Origin: an uncultured virus (IMG/VR IMGVR_UViG_3300028025_004073)
Taxonomy: Duplodnaviria; Heunggongvirae; Uroviricota; Caudoviricetes
Strand: one strand, 5' to 3'
DNA length: 64,000 nt
Virus record (IMG/VR): IMGVR_UViG_3300028025_004073
Both the position numbers and the translations under genes were made by a program. The notes under the pieces were generated by a model. The model did not search any database and had not been told where the DNA came from. It worked only from the letters and a program-made list of their open reading frames with translations. Shown here one piece after another: positions 36,429 to 46,981 of the stretch (positions are counted from its first letter, which is position 1; the number at the start of each line of letters is the position of its first letter).

Positions 36429-37061
36429 ATGACTACTATTGTCGCTGTCCAAGGTGATGGGTTCGCAGTCGTCTGCGTGGACTCTCGCATCTCGTCTATT
36501 GACGGGGGCATTGCCACGCAAATAGGAACTCTTCGTGAAGGAAGTAGCAAGGTATCAACTAATGGAAAATATTTACTCGGTGCTGCTGGAGATGTACGGG
36601 CCATCAACATTCTCCATCATGTGTTCCAACCGCCAACACCACCACCAAACCTTAAAGGGAAGAAACTTGACCAGTTCTTTACGGCGAAGTTTATCCCGTC
36701 ACTCAGAGAATGCTTTGATTCACAAGGCTACTCAATCCCAGACCTCAACGAAAACAAACAGCACATCGCTGAACAAGGGTCGTTAATCCTTGTAGTCATT
36801 AACGGCACTATCTATATTGTTGATGGTGATTACGCTTGGGCTTCTGAAGCCAGTGGTCTGTACGTAATTGGGTCTGGCGGAGAGTACGCATTAGGGGCTA
36901 TGCATGTACTTACGCACAATAAGAAGCAAACTGTGCAACAGGCTAAAAACCATGCGCTGAAGGCTCTCGCCGTTAGTGCTAAGTTTGACCCTCATACGGG
37001 ACCTCCGTATCACACGTACATTCAGGAGTACGAACAAAGCAAAACCCGTAAGCCTGTATAA
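36429..37061 (+). CDS. proteasome-beta/HslV-like Ntn threonine protease
   Basis: N-terminal MTTIVAV, DSR, K, GAAG, IGSGGEYALGA. Confidence 0.85.
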   Translation: MTTIVAVQGDGFAVVCVDSRISSIDGGIATQIGTLREGSSKVSTNGKYLLGAAGDVRAINILHHVFQPPTPPPNLKGKKLDQFFTAKFIPSLRECFDSQGYSIPDLNENKQHIAEQGSLILVVINGTIYIVDGDYAWASEASGLYVIGSGGEYALGAMHVLTHNKKQTVQQAKNHALKALAVSAKFDPHTGPPYHTYIQEYEQSKTRKPV

Positions 37062-37088
37062 TCGGGTATCCCCTATTAAGGAGTTAAT

Positions 37089-37358
37089 ATGAATCAAGCA
37101 AAAGTAGAAACAACAGACGCAGCAATTAAGGGCGCAGTTTTGGGCGCACTTACCTATGCAGGAGCCAAGTTGGACTTGACCCCAGAAGTAATCGCAATCG
37201 CATTGCCTGCGGTAGCAGCACTTGTCTCGGTTGTATCAACCAAAATTGGTCCAAAAAACACTGCTCTTCTTTTAAGCGTAGCAACCAAGGCTATGGAAGC
37301 AGCACCTGTTGCTAAGAAAGCACCAGCCAAAAAAGCCGCACCAGCAAAAAAGAAGTAA
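37089..37358 (+). CDS. membrane protein with a histone-like PAKK tail
   Basis: Hydrophobic helices; C-terminal APVAKKAPAKKAAPAKKK; AAGGAG RBS. Confidence 0.65.
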   Translation: MNQAKVETTDAAIKGAVLGALTYAGAKLDLTPEVIAIALPAVAALVSVVSTKIGPKNTALLLSVATKAMEAAPVAKKAPAKKAAPAKKK

Positions 37359-37395
37359 TATCTTAGTATTCTTCTTTTTAGAAAAGGTGTAACGA

Positions 37396-39090
37396 ATGCC
37401 TGTTGATTTTTGGTCCCCGTCTTATAGGGCGGCATCTAGTGACTTAACCGTAGCGATTAGTCCACTTGGGTTGGTTGAACTTGCTGACGAAGAGTTTGAA
37501 GTTCACGGACCAAGACTCAACAGGTATGCGGCTGCATGGGCTTGGTATCTAGGACACCACTGGTCGCACCGCCGTGAGATGGGTGACAACAACGTCACCA
37601 TGAACTACGTGAAAACCATGTCGGATTTCATTACAAACTTTTGTTTTGGTAAAGGTATTCAGTTTAAAGTACCTGAAGAAAACGAAGCAATCATTCCTCG
37701 CTTGTTACATGAAGTATGGGATAACCATAACAACAAGCATTATTTGCTTTGGGAAATGGGACAACTTGCATCAGTAACTGGTGACGTATTTGTCAAAGTT
37801 GCGTACGATGAACCGTACCAAGATGCAGTTGGGATGATGCACCCAGGCCGTATTCGCATTCTTCCATTGAACCCAGCACATTGTTTCCCTGAATATCACC
37901 CACATGACCGTGAACGGTTAATGCGGTTTAAACTTAAGTATCGCTTCTGGGGAACATCACCAGAAGGAACTCGTCAGGTTTATACTTTTACAGAAATCCT
38001 TACGGATGGAAATGTTCAGCAATTTATTAACGATGAACTAATTGATGAGTACCCAAACCCAATTGGTCAAGTTCCTATTGTTCACATTCCGAACATTACA
38101 ATAACTTCGTCACCTTGGGGTCAGTCAGACATTTGGGACATTATCCAATTGAACCGTGAACTCAATGAAAAGATGACTGAAATCTCAGACATCATTAACT
38201 ACCATGCTGCCCCAGTAACCATCATTACTGGCGCTAAGGCTTCACAACTAGAGCGTGGTCCTAAAAAGGTATGGGCTGGTCTTCCTAAAGAAGCACAAGT
38301 ATTTAACCTTGAATCCCGTGGTGAAATGGCTGGTGCTATTGAGTACGTTCAGATGATTAAGCGAGCCATGCATGAAATCACTGGTGTACCTGAGACTGCA
38401 CTTGGGCAATTCCAACCAGTGTCAAACACATCGGGTGTTGCTTTGGCTATTCAATACCAGCCTTTGATGAACCGTTATCAAATGAAGAAGATTCATTTTA
38501 CTAAGGGTCTTGAGAAACTTAATGAGGTAATCATTAAGACTGCTGCGGTATTTGTTCCAGAACTGTTGATGTATGACCCATCTCAAACAGCACAGCCTGA
38601 GCCTGAGATGTTGACACAGTTGGACCCTAACGACCCAAACACATACAAGACAACAATCCACTGGCCTGAACCGCTACCTGTTGATGCCCTTATCAAACTT
38701 AATGAAGTTCAATCTAAAATGGCTCTTGGTATTGAGTCCAAACGTGGGGCATTGAAGTTGTTGGGCGAAGAATTCCCGAACGAAAAGATGATTGAAATCT
38801 TTGAAGAACTCAGAGATGATGCTATTGACCAAGGAGCACTTGACATGCTTCGTGCTCAGATTGGTCAAGCAGTAATGATGGCTACAGGATTACTTCCAAC
38901 TGGTGGAGGCGGCTTAGAGCAGACCTCTGCTGGAGGTGATAATGTAACTAGCGCAGGAAGCCCCGAAGGGGGTGGAGTGCTTCCAGGAACTGCTGTACCG
39001 CCAGTAGAAATGGAATTGATGAACCAGATGACTAGCAGGGCATATGGTGCGAGGTTCGCCCAACGCCGTATCCCTGATGAAGACAAATAA
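37396..39090 (+). CDS. portal protein (SPP1 gp6-like)
   Basis: Size, position and motifs (VPIVHIPN...WGQSDI; NTSGVAL). Confidence 0.9.
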   Translation: MPVDFWSPSYRAASSDLTVAISPLGLVELADEEFEVHGPRLNRYAAAWAWYLGHHWSHRREMGDNNVTMNYVKTMSDFITNFCFGKGIQFKVPEENEAIIPRLLHEVWDNHNNKHYLLWEMGQLASVTGDVFVKVAYDEPYQDAVGMMHPGRIRILPLNPAHCFPEYHPHDRERLMRFKLKYRFWGTSPEGTRQVYTFTEILTDGNVQQFINDELIDEYPNPIGQVPIVHIPNITITSSPWGQSDIWDIIQLNRELNEKMTEISDIINYHAAPVTIITGAKASQLERGPKKVWAGLPKEAQVFNLESRGEMAGAIEYVQMIKRAMHEITGVPETALGQFQPVSNTSGVALAIQYQPLMNRYQMKKIHFTKGLEKLNEVIIKTAAVFVPELLMYDPSQTAQPEPEMLTQLDPNDPNTYKTTIHWPEPLPVDALIKLNEVQSKMALGIESKRGALKLLGEEFPNEKMIEIFEELRDDAIDQGALDMLRAQIGQAVMMATGLLPTGGGGLEQTSAGGDNVTSAGSPEGGGVLPGTAVPPVEMELMNQMTSRAYGARFAQRRIPDEDK

Positions 39091-39143
39091 TACGTATTAA
39101 TAACACAAGTCAATATTTGCTAAACAACACTTAGGAGAAAATC

Positions 39144-39923
39144 ATGGCAAAAGGTAATGACGAAATTGTCATCCCTGTGGAGGCTACAGAAGCCTTCCAT
39201 GCGGAGGCAAACACAGTTGCCCCAAAGGGCAAAGTCTTCACTGAAGACGAAGTAGAAAACATCCGTAAGCAAGAGAAAGACAAACTCTACAAGCGTATTG
39301 AAGAAGCGGAAAACCGCTACAAGACGATGGAAGAGCAAGTAACTTCACTCGCCCAAGACCGTGAGAAGGCTATCCGTGAGGCGCAGGAAATTGCCCGTAA
39401 GGAAGAAGAAATCCGCCGTCAACGTGAGTTTGATGAACTTAGTGCTAAAGAACTTCTCAAGCGAACAGAGGATGAATTCAATGTCAAGATTAAGAATGTT
39501 GATGCAGAGTGGCAGAGTCGCTTTGCTCAGATTGAAGCAGAACGCCAAGCGCAGTCTGCCCTTCTAGATAAAGAGCGCCAGTTGCGTGAGGTTGAAACCT
39601 ACCGCCAGCGCCGTGTACACGAGTCTCAAGATGAGATCATTCCAGAACTGATTGATCTCGTAGCAGGAAACACGCCAGAAGAGATTGAAGCATCAGTGGA
39701 AATCCTTCGTCAGCGCAGTGCTGCTATCATTGAGAGTATCCAACAAGCGACTCAACCGAGTCGTGTTAAAGGTGTGTCGGTAACGGCTCCATCTGTTGGG
39801 CCAATGGAAACTCAAACGGAATACCAAACATTGAATGCGGAGGATATCCGAAACATGACAATGGATCAGTATGTTAAAATGCGAGACAGGCTTTTAAGTT
39901 CACGACCTAAAGGTCGTTTTTAG
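39144..39923 (+). CDS. capsid scaffolding protein
   Basis: Coiled-coil, between portal and major capsid. Confidence 0.8.
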   Translation: MAKGNDEIVIPVEATEAFHAEANTVAPKGKVFTEDEVENIRKQEKDKLYKRIEEAENRYKTMEEQVTSLAQDREKAIREAQEIARKEEEIRRQREFDELSAKELLKRTEDEFNVKIKNVDAEWQSRFAQIEAERQAQSALLDKERQLREVETYRQRRVHESQDEIIPELIDLVAGNTPEEIEASVEILRQRSAAIIESIQQATQPSRVKGVSVTAPSVGPMETQTEYQTLNAEDIRNMTMDQYVKMRDRLLSSRPKGRF

Positions 39924-39955
39924 TTAATTATCCATTAGCCATTAAGGAGTAACTC

Positions 39956-41035
39956 ATGGCATTTCCAGCACCAACAGGCGGTGCGATTACTGCAACAGCG
40001 AACATTAGTTCAACTGGTTACAGTAGCGACACCGCTCTATCCCCAGCAATTCAAACTATCTGGTCCAAGGAAATCTTGTTCCAGGCAATGCCTGTTCTGC
40101 GCTTTGAGCAGTTCGCAGTGAAGAAGACCGAACTTGGTGTACAACCTGGTTTGACCATCAACTTCATGCGTTACAGCAACCTTGCAGTAGACCAGACCGA
40201 AGGAGCAACCCTTGATGAAGGTGTGCGTATGGAGCCAGTTGCTCTGTCAGCATCACAGATTCAAATCACCGTTGGTGAACAAGGTCAGGCTCTTGCAGTT
40301 ACTGAGTTGCTCCTTAACGCATCGTTTGATGACGTTATGGCATCATCCAGCCGCTTGCTCGGTCGTCACATGGCACAGTCAATGGACATCCAGGCTCGCA
40401 ACACCCTTTACAAGACAGCAATCCCATTCGGTGGCGGTGCAGCAGTACCACCAAACGTAGTGTTTGGTCGCAAGACCCTCGGTGCAACCCGTGGTTCAAT
40501 TGCTCCTTACGATGCAGGCACTTTGGGTGACGCAAGTAACCCAGGTTACCTCTCACCTGCAACCATTAAGGATGCAGTTGAAATTCTTGCTGGTCAGAAC
40601 ATCCCACGCCTTGGCGACACTTATGTTTGCTTCGTTCACCCATCACAGAGCCGTGCGCTCCGTGACTGGCCTGAATTCATTGAAGTAACCAAGTACGCTG
40701 CACCTGGCAACTTCATGCTTGGTGAAATTGGTCGTCTGTATGACGTAGTATTCATTGAAACCACACAGGTTGCAAAGAACACAGGTCCAGCAGACATTGA
40801 CAACTCAGCATCGGGTACGCAAGCAATGAACGCAGACTCGTACAACGCAATCATGATTGGAGACAACGCATTTGGACATGCAATCGCATTGCCAGTTGAA
40901 CTCCGTGACGGTGGCGTAATTGACTTCGGTCGTGAGCATGGACTTGCTTGGTACGCAATTTGGGGCTTCGGCATGATCACGCATGAATCACGTGTATTGT
41001 TGAACACCAAGGGTGGAGCAATCGCTTCCTCGTAA
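39956..41035 (+). CDS. major capsid protein (N4-gp56-like, HK97 fold)
   Basis: LDEGV, YVCFVHPSQ...GEIGRLYDVVFIET, LAWYAIWG. Confidence 0.92.
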   Translation: MAFPAPTGGAITATANISSTGYSSDTALSPAIQTIWSKEILFQAMPVLRFEQFAVKKTELGVQPGLTINFMRYSNLAVDQTEGATLDEGVRMEPVALSASQIQITVGEQGQALAVTELLLNASFDDVMASSSRLLGRHMAQSMDIQARNTLYKTAIPFGGGAAVPPNVVFGRKTLGATRGSIAPYDAGTLGDASNPGYLSPATIKDAVEILAGQNIPRLGDTYVCFVHPSQSRALRDWPEFIEVTKYAAPGNFMLGEIGRLYDVVFIETTQVAKNTGPADIDNSASGTQAMNADSYNAIMIGDNAFGHAIALPVELRDGGVIDFGREHGLAWYAIWGFGMITHESRVLLNTKGGAIASS

Positions 41036-41050
41036 TTAAGTCAACTAGTA

Positions 41051-41090
41051 TTGGGGGGTCGGGGTAAAACCCGACTCCCCCAACCCCTTT
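41051..41090 (+). terminator. GC-rich hairpin terminator after the capsid gene
   Basis: TTGGGGG-GTCGGG-GTAAAA-CCCGAC-T-CCCCCAA followed by a short T-run. Confidence 0.7.
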
Positions 41091-41105
41091 CAATTGGAGA
41101 ATAAA

Positions 41106-41363
41106 ATGGCAGCACGTAAGAAATCAGTAGTTCAAGAATTTGTAGAGCAAGAAGAAGATGTTCTTTTTGTTTCGGAAATCCCTGATACAAAAGTAAAAGA
41201 AACCTCATTAAAGAGCAGTGAAGTTAGCGCTCGTGTTAAAGGTTCTTGGACAATGTTTTGGGGTCAAGACACTTGGATCTTTAATGACGGTCATCGTTAT
41301 AAACTTCCTCGTGGATTGTTTGAATACCTAAAGAAGAACGGCAACATCTACGACACCCTCTGA
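41106..41363 (+). CDS. small head-associated protein
   Basis: GGAG RBS before ATG 41106; position after major capsid. Confidence 0.6.
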   Translation: MAARKKSVVQEFVEQEEDVLFVSEIPDTKVKETSLKSSEVSARVKGSWTMFWGQDTWIFNDGHRYKLPRGLFEYLKKNGNIYDTL

Positions 41364-41370
41364 GGTTTAA

Positions 41371-42015
41371 ATGGCTGGATTTACAGTACCTAATGCAAGC
41401 GAGTACGGAGTAACAATCCAGAGCCTTGACCAAGCAGAACCAGATTCGCTTGATTTTCAAATCCTTGGTAATCACAATTACGGTGTACTTTCTGGTGCAG
41501 ACATTACTGTCTATTCAGCAGACAACGGTTCTGCTGCGTTAACTGCTTCATATGTTTATGTAAATAATCATTACGGGTATGTGTCAGCAAGCACCGTAGT
41601 TTTTGATGCCCCTGAAGCAGATGCAAGATTTGACATACTTGTTGTAACCCGTATTGATGCAAGCACTTTCCAATATGGTGTGGTTAAAGGAACGGCTAGT
41701 TCAACTAACCCAATCTTCCCAACACTTTCATCTAGCCAACTTCCTTTATATGCAATCTACAGGAAGTCTGGTTTAACACTTAATACATTGAGTGTTGTTG
41801 ATAAACGCATGTTCTTAAACATGGCACATAGAACTGGCACTGGTATCCCATCTGAAGCAGCAGATCAAGGTGACTTGTACATTCGTACAGGTACAGCACC
41901 TGCAACTGAACAATCATCGTTATACGTATACGTAGATAGCGCTTGGCAAAACCTTGCTAAGTATGAAGGAGTACGTGAAGATCCACTTCACCCATTTTTG
42001 TTTGCAGGTATCTAA
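41371..42015 (+). CDS. virion structural protein
   Basis: RFDILVV...GTASSTNP..P pattern; head-tail region. Confidence 0.6.
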   Translation: MAGFTVPNASEYGVTIQSLDQAEPDSLDFQILGNHNYGVLSGADITVYSADNGSAALTASYVYVNNHYGYVSASTVVFDAPEADARFDILVVTRIDASTFQYGVVKGTASSTNPIFPTLSSSQLPLYAIYRKSGLTLNTLSVVDKRMFLNMAHRTGTGIPSEAADQGDLYIRTGTAPATEQSSLYVYVDSAWQNLAKYEGVREDPLHPFLFAGI

Positions 42016-42182
42016 TGACTGCAAGAGAGCCTTACGTATCAGAGTTACCTAAACCTGCTGGTTCTGTATTAGACATTACAAGAATTCGTAGAGTTCACAT
42101 CCCACGTTTTCGTGAACAACAACCTGCGATTGGTCAAGACTTGCAGAAGACAGTTCCTGGCACAGGCTCTGCGGATCAATAG
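42015..42182 (+). CDS. 55-aa hypothetical protein (not in ORF track)
   Basis: TAATG-coupled hand translation MTAREPYVSELPKPAGSVLDITRIRRVHIPRFREQQPAIGQDLQKTVPGTGSADQ. Confidence 0.55.
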   Translation: MTAREPYVSELPKPAGSVLDITRIRRVHIPRFREQQPAIGQDLQKTVPGTGSADQ

Positions 42183-42194
42183 TAAACTTTATCT

Positions 42195-43031
42195 ATGTAC
42201 GCTAACTACACTCAAGAAACAATGGATAAGATTACGAGAATTGCTCGTACGTTCCTTCGTGATTACCCTAAATTCTTTCAAGTATCTTTTGATGCCATTG
42301 GTCGTACTTACGAACTGGGTAGCCCAAACATCCAGGCTGAAAGCCTATGGGTGGCTACATACACATCAGGAAATGACCCTGTAGAAGTTACCTCAAATAC
42401 TAGTGCATCAACCTATTATTCGTTGGATGAACGTAACGGTATTCTTCGTTTTAACCGCTCACTTCCAGCAAATACAAAGGTAATGGTTGAAGGGTATTAC
42501 TTTGAATGGGTACTCCCTAAAGACCTTGAGTATTTTGCTGCACATGCTATTGAGCAGCACACCTACAACATTGATGTTCACTTAGAGAACTTTACGCCAA
42601 TTATTTATGACACCATTGGAATGGCTACTGTGGTTGAAACCTTATGGGGTTTGCTTACTGAATACAGCCGTGACATTGACGTAACTACTTCAGAGTCTGT
42701 GCATATCCCTGCCAGCCAGCGTTTCCGAATGGTTCAATCCATGTTGGATTATTGGACCCGTAACTATCAGCAGCAGGCTCGTGCTCTAAACATCGGTCTT
42801 GAGCGTATTGAGATCATGAATCTTCGCCGTGTATCTCGTACAACTGGATACCTTGTACCTATCTACCGTGCTCGTGAACTTGGCGACATGAACCCACTTG
42901 AGCGTCAATGGCCTGAAATTAATCATGGAGATATTGTTATTGAAGATACTCAAGAACCTATGCGTGAAAACGTATACCTTGAACTAGAACCTCCACAGGG
43001 GAATTCAACCGCAGCAGTCGTTGGCTGGTAA
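42195..43031 (+). CDS. head-tail adaptor/neck protein
   Basis: Synteny between capsid and tail genes. Confidence 0.6.
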   Translation: MYANYTQETMDKITRIARTFLRDYPKFFQVSFDAIGRTYELGSPNIQAESLWVATYTSGNDPVEVTSNTSASTYYSLDERNGILRFNRSLPANTKVMVEGYYFEWVLPKDLEYFAAHAIEQHTYNIDVHLENFTPIIYDTIGMATVVETLWGLLTEYSRDIDVTTSESVHIPASQRFRMVQSMLDYWTRNYQQQARALNIGLERIEIMNLRRVSRTTGYLVPIYRARELGDMNPLERQWPEINHGDIVIEDTQEPMRENVYLELEPPQGNSTAAVVGW

Positions 43032-43034
43032 CTC

Positions 43035-43568
43035 ATGGACTCCCGTAGAGAACTTGGGCAAATACGAAAGCATTATCGGCAATACCACCGCCATGTAGGT
43101 GAGCACATCACCTGGTTTGAGTTTATTGACTTTGAATCTGGAAGCACTATTGACGATATCTATGACGAAGGAAATGCTGGAGCAGGTGGAAAGACTTACG
43201 CAAAAGGGATAACCCTTCCTGTACTTATGGTTACAGAAACTGAAGACACCAAGAGAGCAATCCCTGAAGGTCGCCAGCCTGTTCAAATTGTAAACGCCGT
43301 ATTGTCTATTCAAGATGCTCGTGATGCTGGTCTAACTAATCCATTTGAATACCAAAACCATTTAAATGACATGTTCTTTTATGATGGTCGTTATTACGCA
43401 GTGTCAATGTACCGAGTAAGAGGTCGTGCATCTGATGATGTGTTAATTGTTGTTGAAGGCATTGAAGTTTATATTGATCAAGAAATGCCATTTGATCCAG
43501 GTCCAGGGGAGATGTCAGTCAATGACCTTCCTTGGCCTTCAGCACTCCCTACATTCCTGGTAAACTAA
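43035..43568 (+). CDS. head-tail joining (stopper) protein
   Basis: Synteny; DMFFYDGRYYAV. Confidence 0.6.
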   Translation: MDSRRELGQIRKHYRQYHRHVGEHITWFEFIDFESGSTIDDIYDEGNAGAGGKTYAKGITLPVLMVTETEDTKRAIPEGRQPVQIVNAVLSIQDARDAGLTNPFEYQNHLNDMFFYDGRYYAVSMYRVRGRASDDVLIVVEGIEVYIDQEMPFDPGPGEMSVNDLPWPSALPTFLVN

Positions 43569-43618
43569 TAAAGCATGCCGTGCGGCATGCAAACATCGCC
43601 TAGAACTAAGGAGTGCCT

Positions 43619-44035
43619 ATGGCTGGCAAACCTAAAACCAAGATTAACCTTAGTTCTGCTACGCATAAGTACGTTCAGGGAACCGCTTCACCCATTGCTT
43701 TTTACGGTGATTTAATGCTAAACCTAGAAGAATACCTAGGCAAGATTGTAAACCGAGCAATTGAGGCTGAAGTCAAGGTAGCCAAAGAAGCCTTGATCAC
43801 CGATGAAGCCCAGTATGCTGAATTAGTAAATGACTTTAATATCACTTACAACAAATCAGATAAAACCTTCTCCTATAAGGTAACTGGAAAATCTAGACAA
43901 AAAGCCACGGCTTTAGAGTTCGGCCCCCCTGCTAGGTCAATACTGCGTAAACAATGCATTCAAGGTGCTGCCCGTTTGACCAAGCGCATCAACAAAGACC
44001 TAGATAAACTCACAGGAACAAACGGCGGAATATGA
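43619..44035 (+). CDS. neck/tail-completion protein (HK97 gp10-like)
   Basis: ALEFG motif; AAGGAG before ATG 43619. Confidence 0.5.
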   Translation: MAGKPKTKINLSSATHKYVQGTASPIAFYGDLMLNLEEYLGKIVNRAIEAEVKVAKEALITDEAQYAELVNDFNITYNKSDKTFSYKVTGKSRQKATALEFGPPARSILRKQCIQGAARLTKRINKDLDKLTGTNGGI

Positions 44036-44718
44036 GAACTGGTTTTCTCCTTGCCGAAGACGAGGCTATTAAACTTCGTTTTAGTGGCTTATACGTAACC
44101 GATGATCGTAATGCTCGCCGCCCAGTACAGGTTTTCTTCCGATACCCAGAAGGGGAAACAGAGCGAGAATACCCATTTGTCACTATTGAACTTATTGACG
44201 TTATTCACGCTACCGAGCGTCAGCATTCTGATGTCCTTATCTACGCAGACACATCAGCAAGCACTCGGTTCGTAGACCACCCAGCATTCTTTGACTACTG
44301 GCCTAGCGAGGCTGATCACATTTCAGCAAGTGCTACCTCTGCATCGGCTGGGCAGTTTGTTATAGCAGATGATTTCATCCCCGTAGACTTACTCTACCAG
44401 GTGTCTATTTATTCACGTTCTGCCCTACATGACCGTCAGTTATCTGCTGGGATCATGTCTAGGGTTGCCCCATTTCGTTGGAACTCTATCCAAATACAAG
44501 CAGACAATACGGTTCGCCGTTTTGACCTGCTTGACTGGACCAACGCAGACTTACTGGATATGGAGTCGGGTTACCGAAAGCGCATATTCCGTAAGGTATT
44601 AACTCTCAAGATGTCAGCAGAGATCACGCATCTAACGCTTGATCAACTGCAAGGAATTCAATCCGTGCAAGAAATTAGTAGTACAATTATCCCTCAGACC
44701 TATGTTTTTAACCCGTAA
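44032..44718 (+). CDS. tail terminator/completion protein
   Basis: YPFVTIELID; immediately upstream of sheath. Confidence 0.6.
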   Translation: MRTGFLLAEDEAIKLRFSGLYVTDDRNARRPVQVFFRYPEGETEREYPFVTIELIDVIHATERQHSDVLIYADTSASTRFVDHPAFFDYWPSEADHISASATSASAGQFVIADDFIPVDLLYQVSIYSRSALHDRQLSAGIMSRVAPFRWNSIQIQADNTVRRFDLLDWTNADLLDMESGYRKRIFRKVLTLKMSAEITHLTLDQLQGIQSVQEISSTIIPQTYVFNP

Positions 44719-44752
44719 GTTTTTTAATTACCTCTAACTTTTAGGAGCAATA

Positions 44753-46300
44753 ATGGCATACGAACGCCCAGGAGTATACGTACAGGATGGTACGTTTGCT
44801 ACCAACATTCAAACAACCAACGGACCAACTGCTGCTGCATTTGTTGGTCTTGCAGACCGTGGACCAACCACGCCAACGCTTGTTTCTTCATGGAACCAGT
44901 ACACCAGTTTGTTTGGTGAATTGAGCAATGCCTATGATCTAGGTTACGCCGTTTATCATTACTTTGCTAACGGTGGGCAGACTGCGTACGTAACACGAGT
45001 TATTGACACCTCAGCAATCAAGGCATCTGGAATTTTAACTGCTACACCTAGCGGTGGAACTATCGCACCGTTGATTACCTTGATGACCAAATCAGCAGGT
45101 TCATGGGGTAACGATGTAACAGTTGATTACACATATGACCCAGAAACTTTGGAAGATGTTTCTACCGCACCAAAAGCAACTAAGGATTCACTCTTTTCAG
45201 TCACTGTAAAACTTAATGGAACAGAAGTAGAGCGTTGGAATGACCTTTCAGTTGACCCTGAAGATAACCGATACATCACAACAGTTCTTGATCTGTATTC
45301 TTCATATGTCAGTGCTTCAACCGTAGCAGCAGTAGCGGCTGGTACAGAACTTACTGTAACTGGTGTTGCTGTTGGTGATTACGTATCTAGCGTAACATTC
45401 ACAGGTGGTTCTGAAGGTGCAGGAGCAATTGACGCAACTGACTGGGAAAACGCTGTTGAGTCTCATGAAACAATTACATCTGGACTATTGTTTAACTTGG
45501 TGGGTCAAACCTCATCAACAATTATTAACAATGCCATTACGGTAATGCAGACACGTGGAAACTCAATGCTCATTGTTGATACCCCACTTTCCGCCACAAC
45601 TGCTGACCTGCTACAAAGCGCAGTATCTGGATACACCAAATCAGGGTATGCAGCAGTGTACGGACCAGCACTTAAGATGTTTGATCCTAAGAAGACTGGT
45701 GCTGCTGCAATCCGCAACACCTATGCTGGTGGTGCAGTAATTGGTGCAATGGTTCGCTCAGAGATCGCCCGTGGTGTTTCAAAAGCACCTGCTGGTTACT
45801 CATTGGACATCCGTAACGTATACGGTCTTGTTGGAAACCTCACCGAGACTCAGCAAGGAACTGTTTACAAGGAAAGTCAAATTAACTTGTTTAACGTAGT
45901 ACCTGGTGTTGGTGTAATCATCAACGGTTCACGTACACTTGCCCGTAACACTTCTGAAAAGTACATCACGGTTCGCCGTTCGTTGAACTACCTTAAGGAT
46001 GCTGTTAAGGCTAAGACACAGTTTGCTTTGTTTGAGCCAAACGATCAGCGTTTGTGGTCAGACATCACTGTTCGTGTTTCGGCTCTTCTTACCACCTTCT
46101 GGGGAACTGGGGGTCTTAAAGGTAAGACGACTAGCGAAGCATTCTACGTAATTTGTAACTCAACAAACAACACGCAAGCAGATATTGAAGACGGAAAAGT
46201 AAACGTAACTATCGGAGTCGCTTTGCAGTCTCCTGCTGAATTCATTGTAATTACTATCAGTCAGTGGACTGGTGGTTCATCCGTAACTACTAACGCCTAG
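44753..46300 (+). CDS. contractile tail sheath protein
   Basis: RPGVYV, YFANGG, KAPAG, YITVRR, FEPND, PAEFIVI. Confidence 0.95.
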   Translation: MAYERPGVYVQDGTFATNIQTTNGPTAAAFVGLADRGPTTPTLVSSWNQYTSLFGELSNAYDLGYAVYHYFANGGQTAYVTRVIDTSAIKASGILTATPSGGTIAPLITLMTKSAGSWGNDVTVDYTYDPETLEDVSTAPKATKDSLFSVTVKLNGTEVERWNDLSVDPEDNRYITTVLDLYSSYVSASTVAAVAAGTELTVTGVAVGDYVSSVTFTGGSEGAGAIDATDWENAVESHETITSGLLFNLVGQTSSTIINNAITVMQTRGNSMLIVDTPLSATTADLLQSAVSGYTKSGYAAVYGPALKMFDPKKTGAAAIRNTYAGGAVIGAMVRSEIARGVSKAPAGYSLDIRNVYGLVGNLTETQQGTVYKESQINLFNVVPGVGVIINGSRTLARNTSEKYITVRRSLNYLKDAVKAKTQFALFEPNDQRLWSDITVRVSALLTTFWGTGGLKGKTTSEAFYVICNSTNNTQADIEDGKVNVTIGVALQSPAEFIVITISQWTGGSSVTTNA

Positions 46301-46308
46301 GAGAAATC

Positions 46309-46953
46309 ATGGCATTACAAGCAAAAACAACACGCACTGATCCACTACGTAACTTTAAGTTCACTGTTAACTTTGTTCCGTTGGATGACCGACTCAAGCA
46401 GTTGGTAACTGGTATTGGTGACCTAGGATTCGCTTCAATGGGCGGTCTTGCCGTTAACAACGAAGTAATCCCTTACCGTGAGGGTGGTATGAATACACAC
46501 ACCCACAAGATGATCGGTCTTACTGACTTCCCACCAGTATCATTTGCACGAGGTGCGTTTGCTAACCAAGATGCTCTTTGGAAATGGCAAAAGTTCATGC
46601 ATGCATGGGTTAGCGGTGGTGTAGGCGGATTTGATGGTGGATCAATTGGTGATGACGCTAATTACCGTTGCAACATCATTGTAAAGATTTACGATCACCC
46701 ATTTACTGGTCAAGTACAAGGTGGAGACACCAACTACTCGTACGACAGTGGCGATGGTGGCTCAGTAAACATTAAGCCAGGAAACGTAAAGTTGGCTTAC
46801 AAATTGTTCAACGCATGGCCTGGAACGTATGCACTCAGCGACCTCAACGCTGGTGACAACGGAATCATGGTACAGTCAATGGTTATGCACCACGAAGGTT
46901 TCCATGTTGCATGGAAGCAAGGTGAGATTGCAAATATTGACGCATATAACTAA
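46309..46953 (+). CDS. tail tube protein (T4 gp19-like)
   Basis: DPLRNFKF, YREGG, NAWP motifs. Confidence 0.9.
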   Translation: MALQAKTTRTDPLRNFKFTVNFVPLDDRLKQLVTGIGDLGFASMGGLAVNNEVIPYREGGMNTHTHKMIGLTDFPPVSFARGAFANQDALWKWQKFMHAWVSGGVGGFDGGSIGDDANYRCNIIVKIYDHPFTGQVQGGDTNYSYDSGDGGSVNIKPGNVKLAYKLFNAWPGTYALSDLNAGDNGIMVQSMVMHHEGFHVAWKQGEIANIDAYN

Positions 46954-46981
46954 ATAACATATTTAATAACTAGGAGAATAA

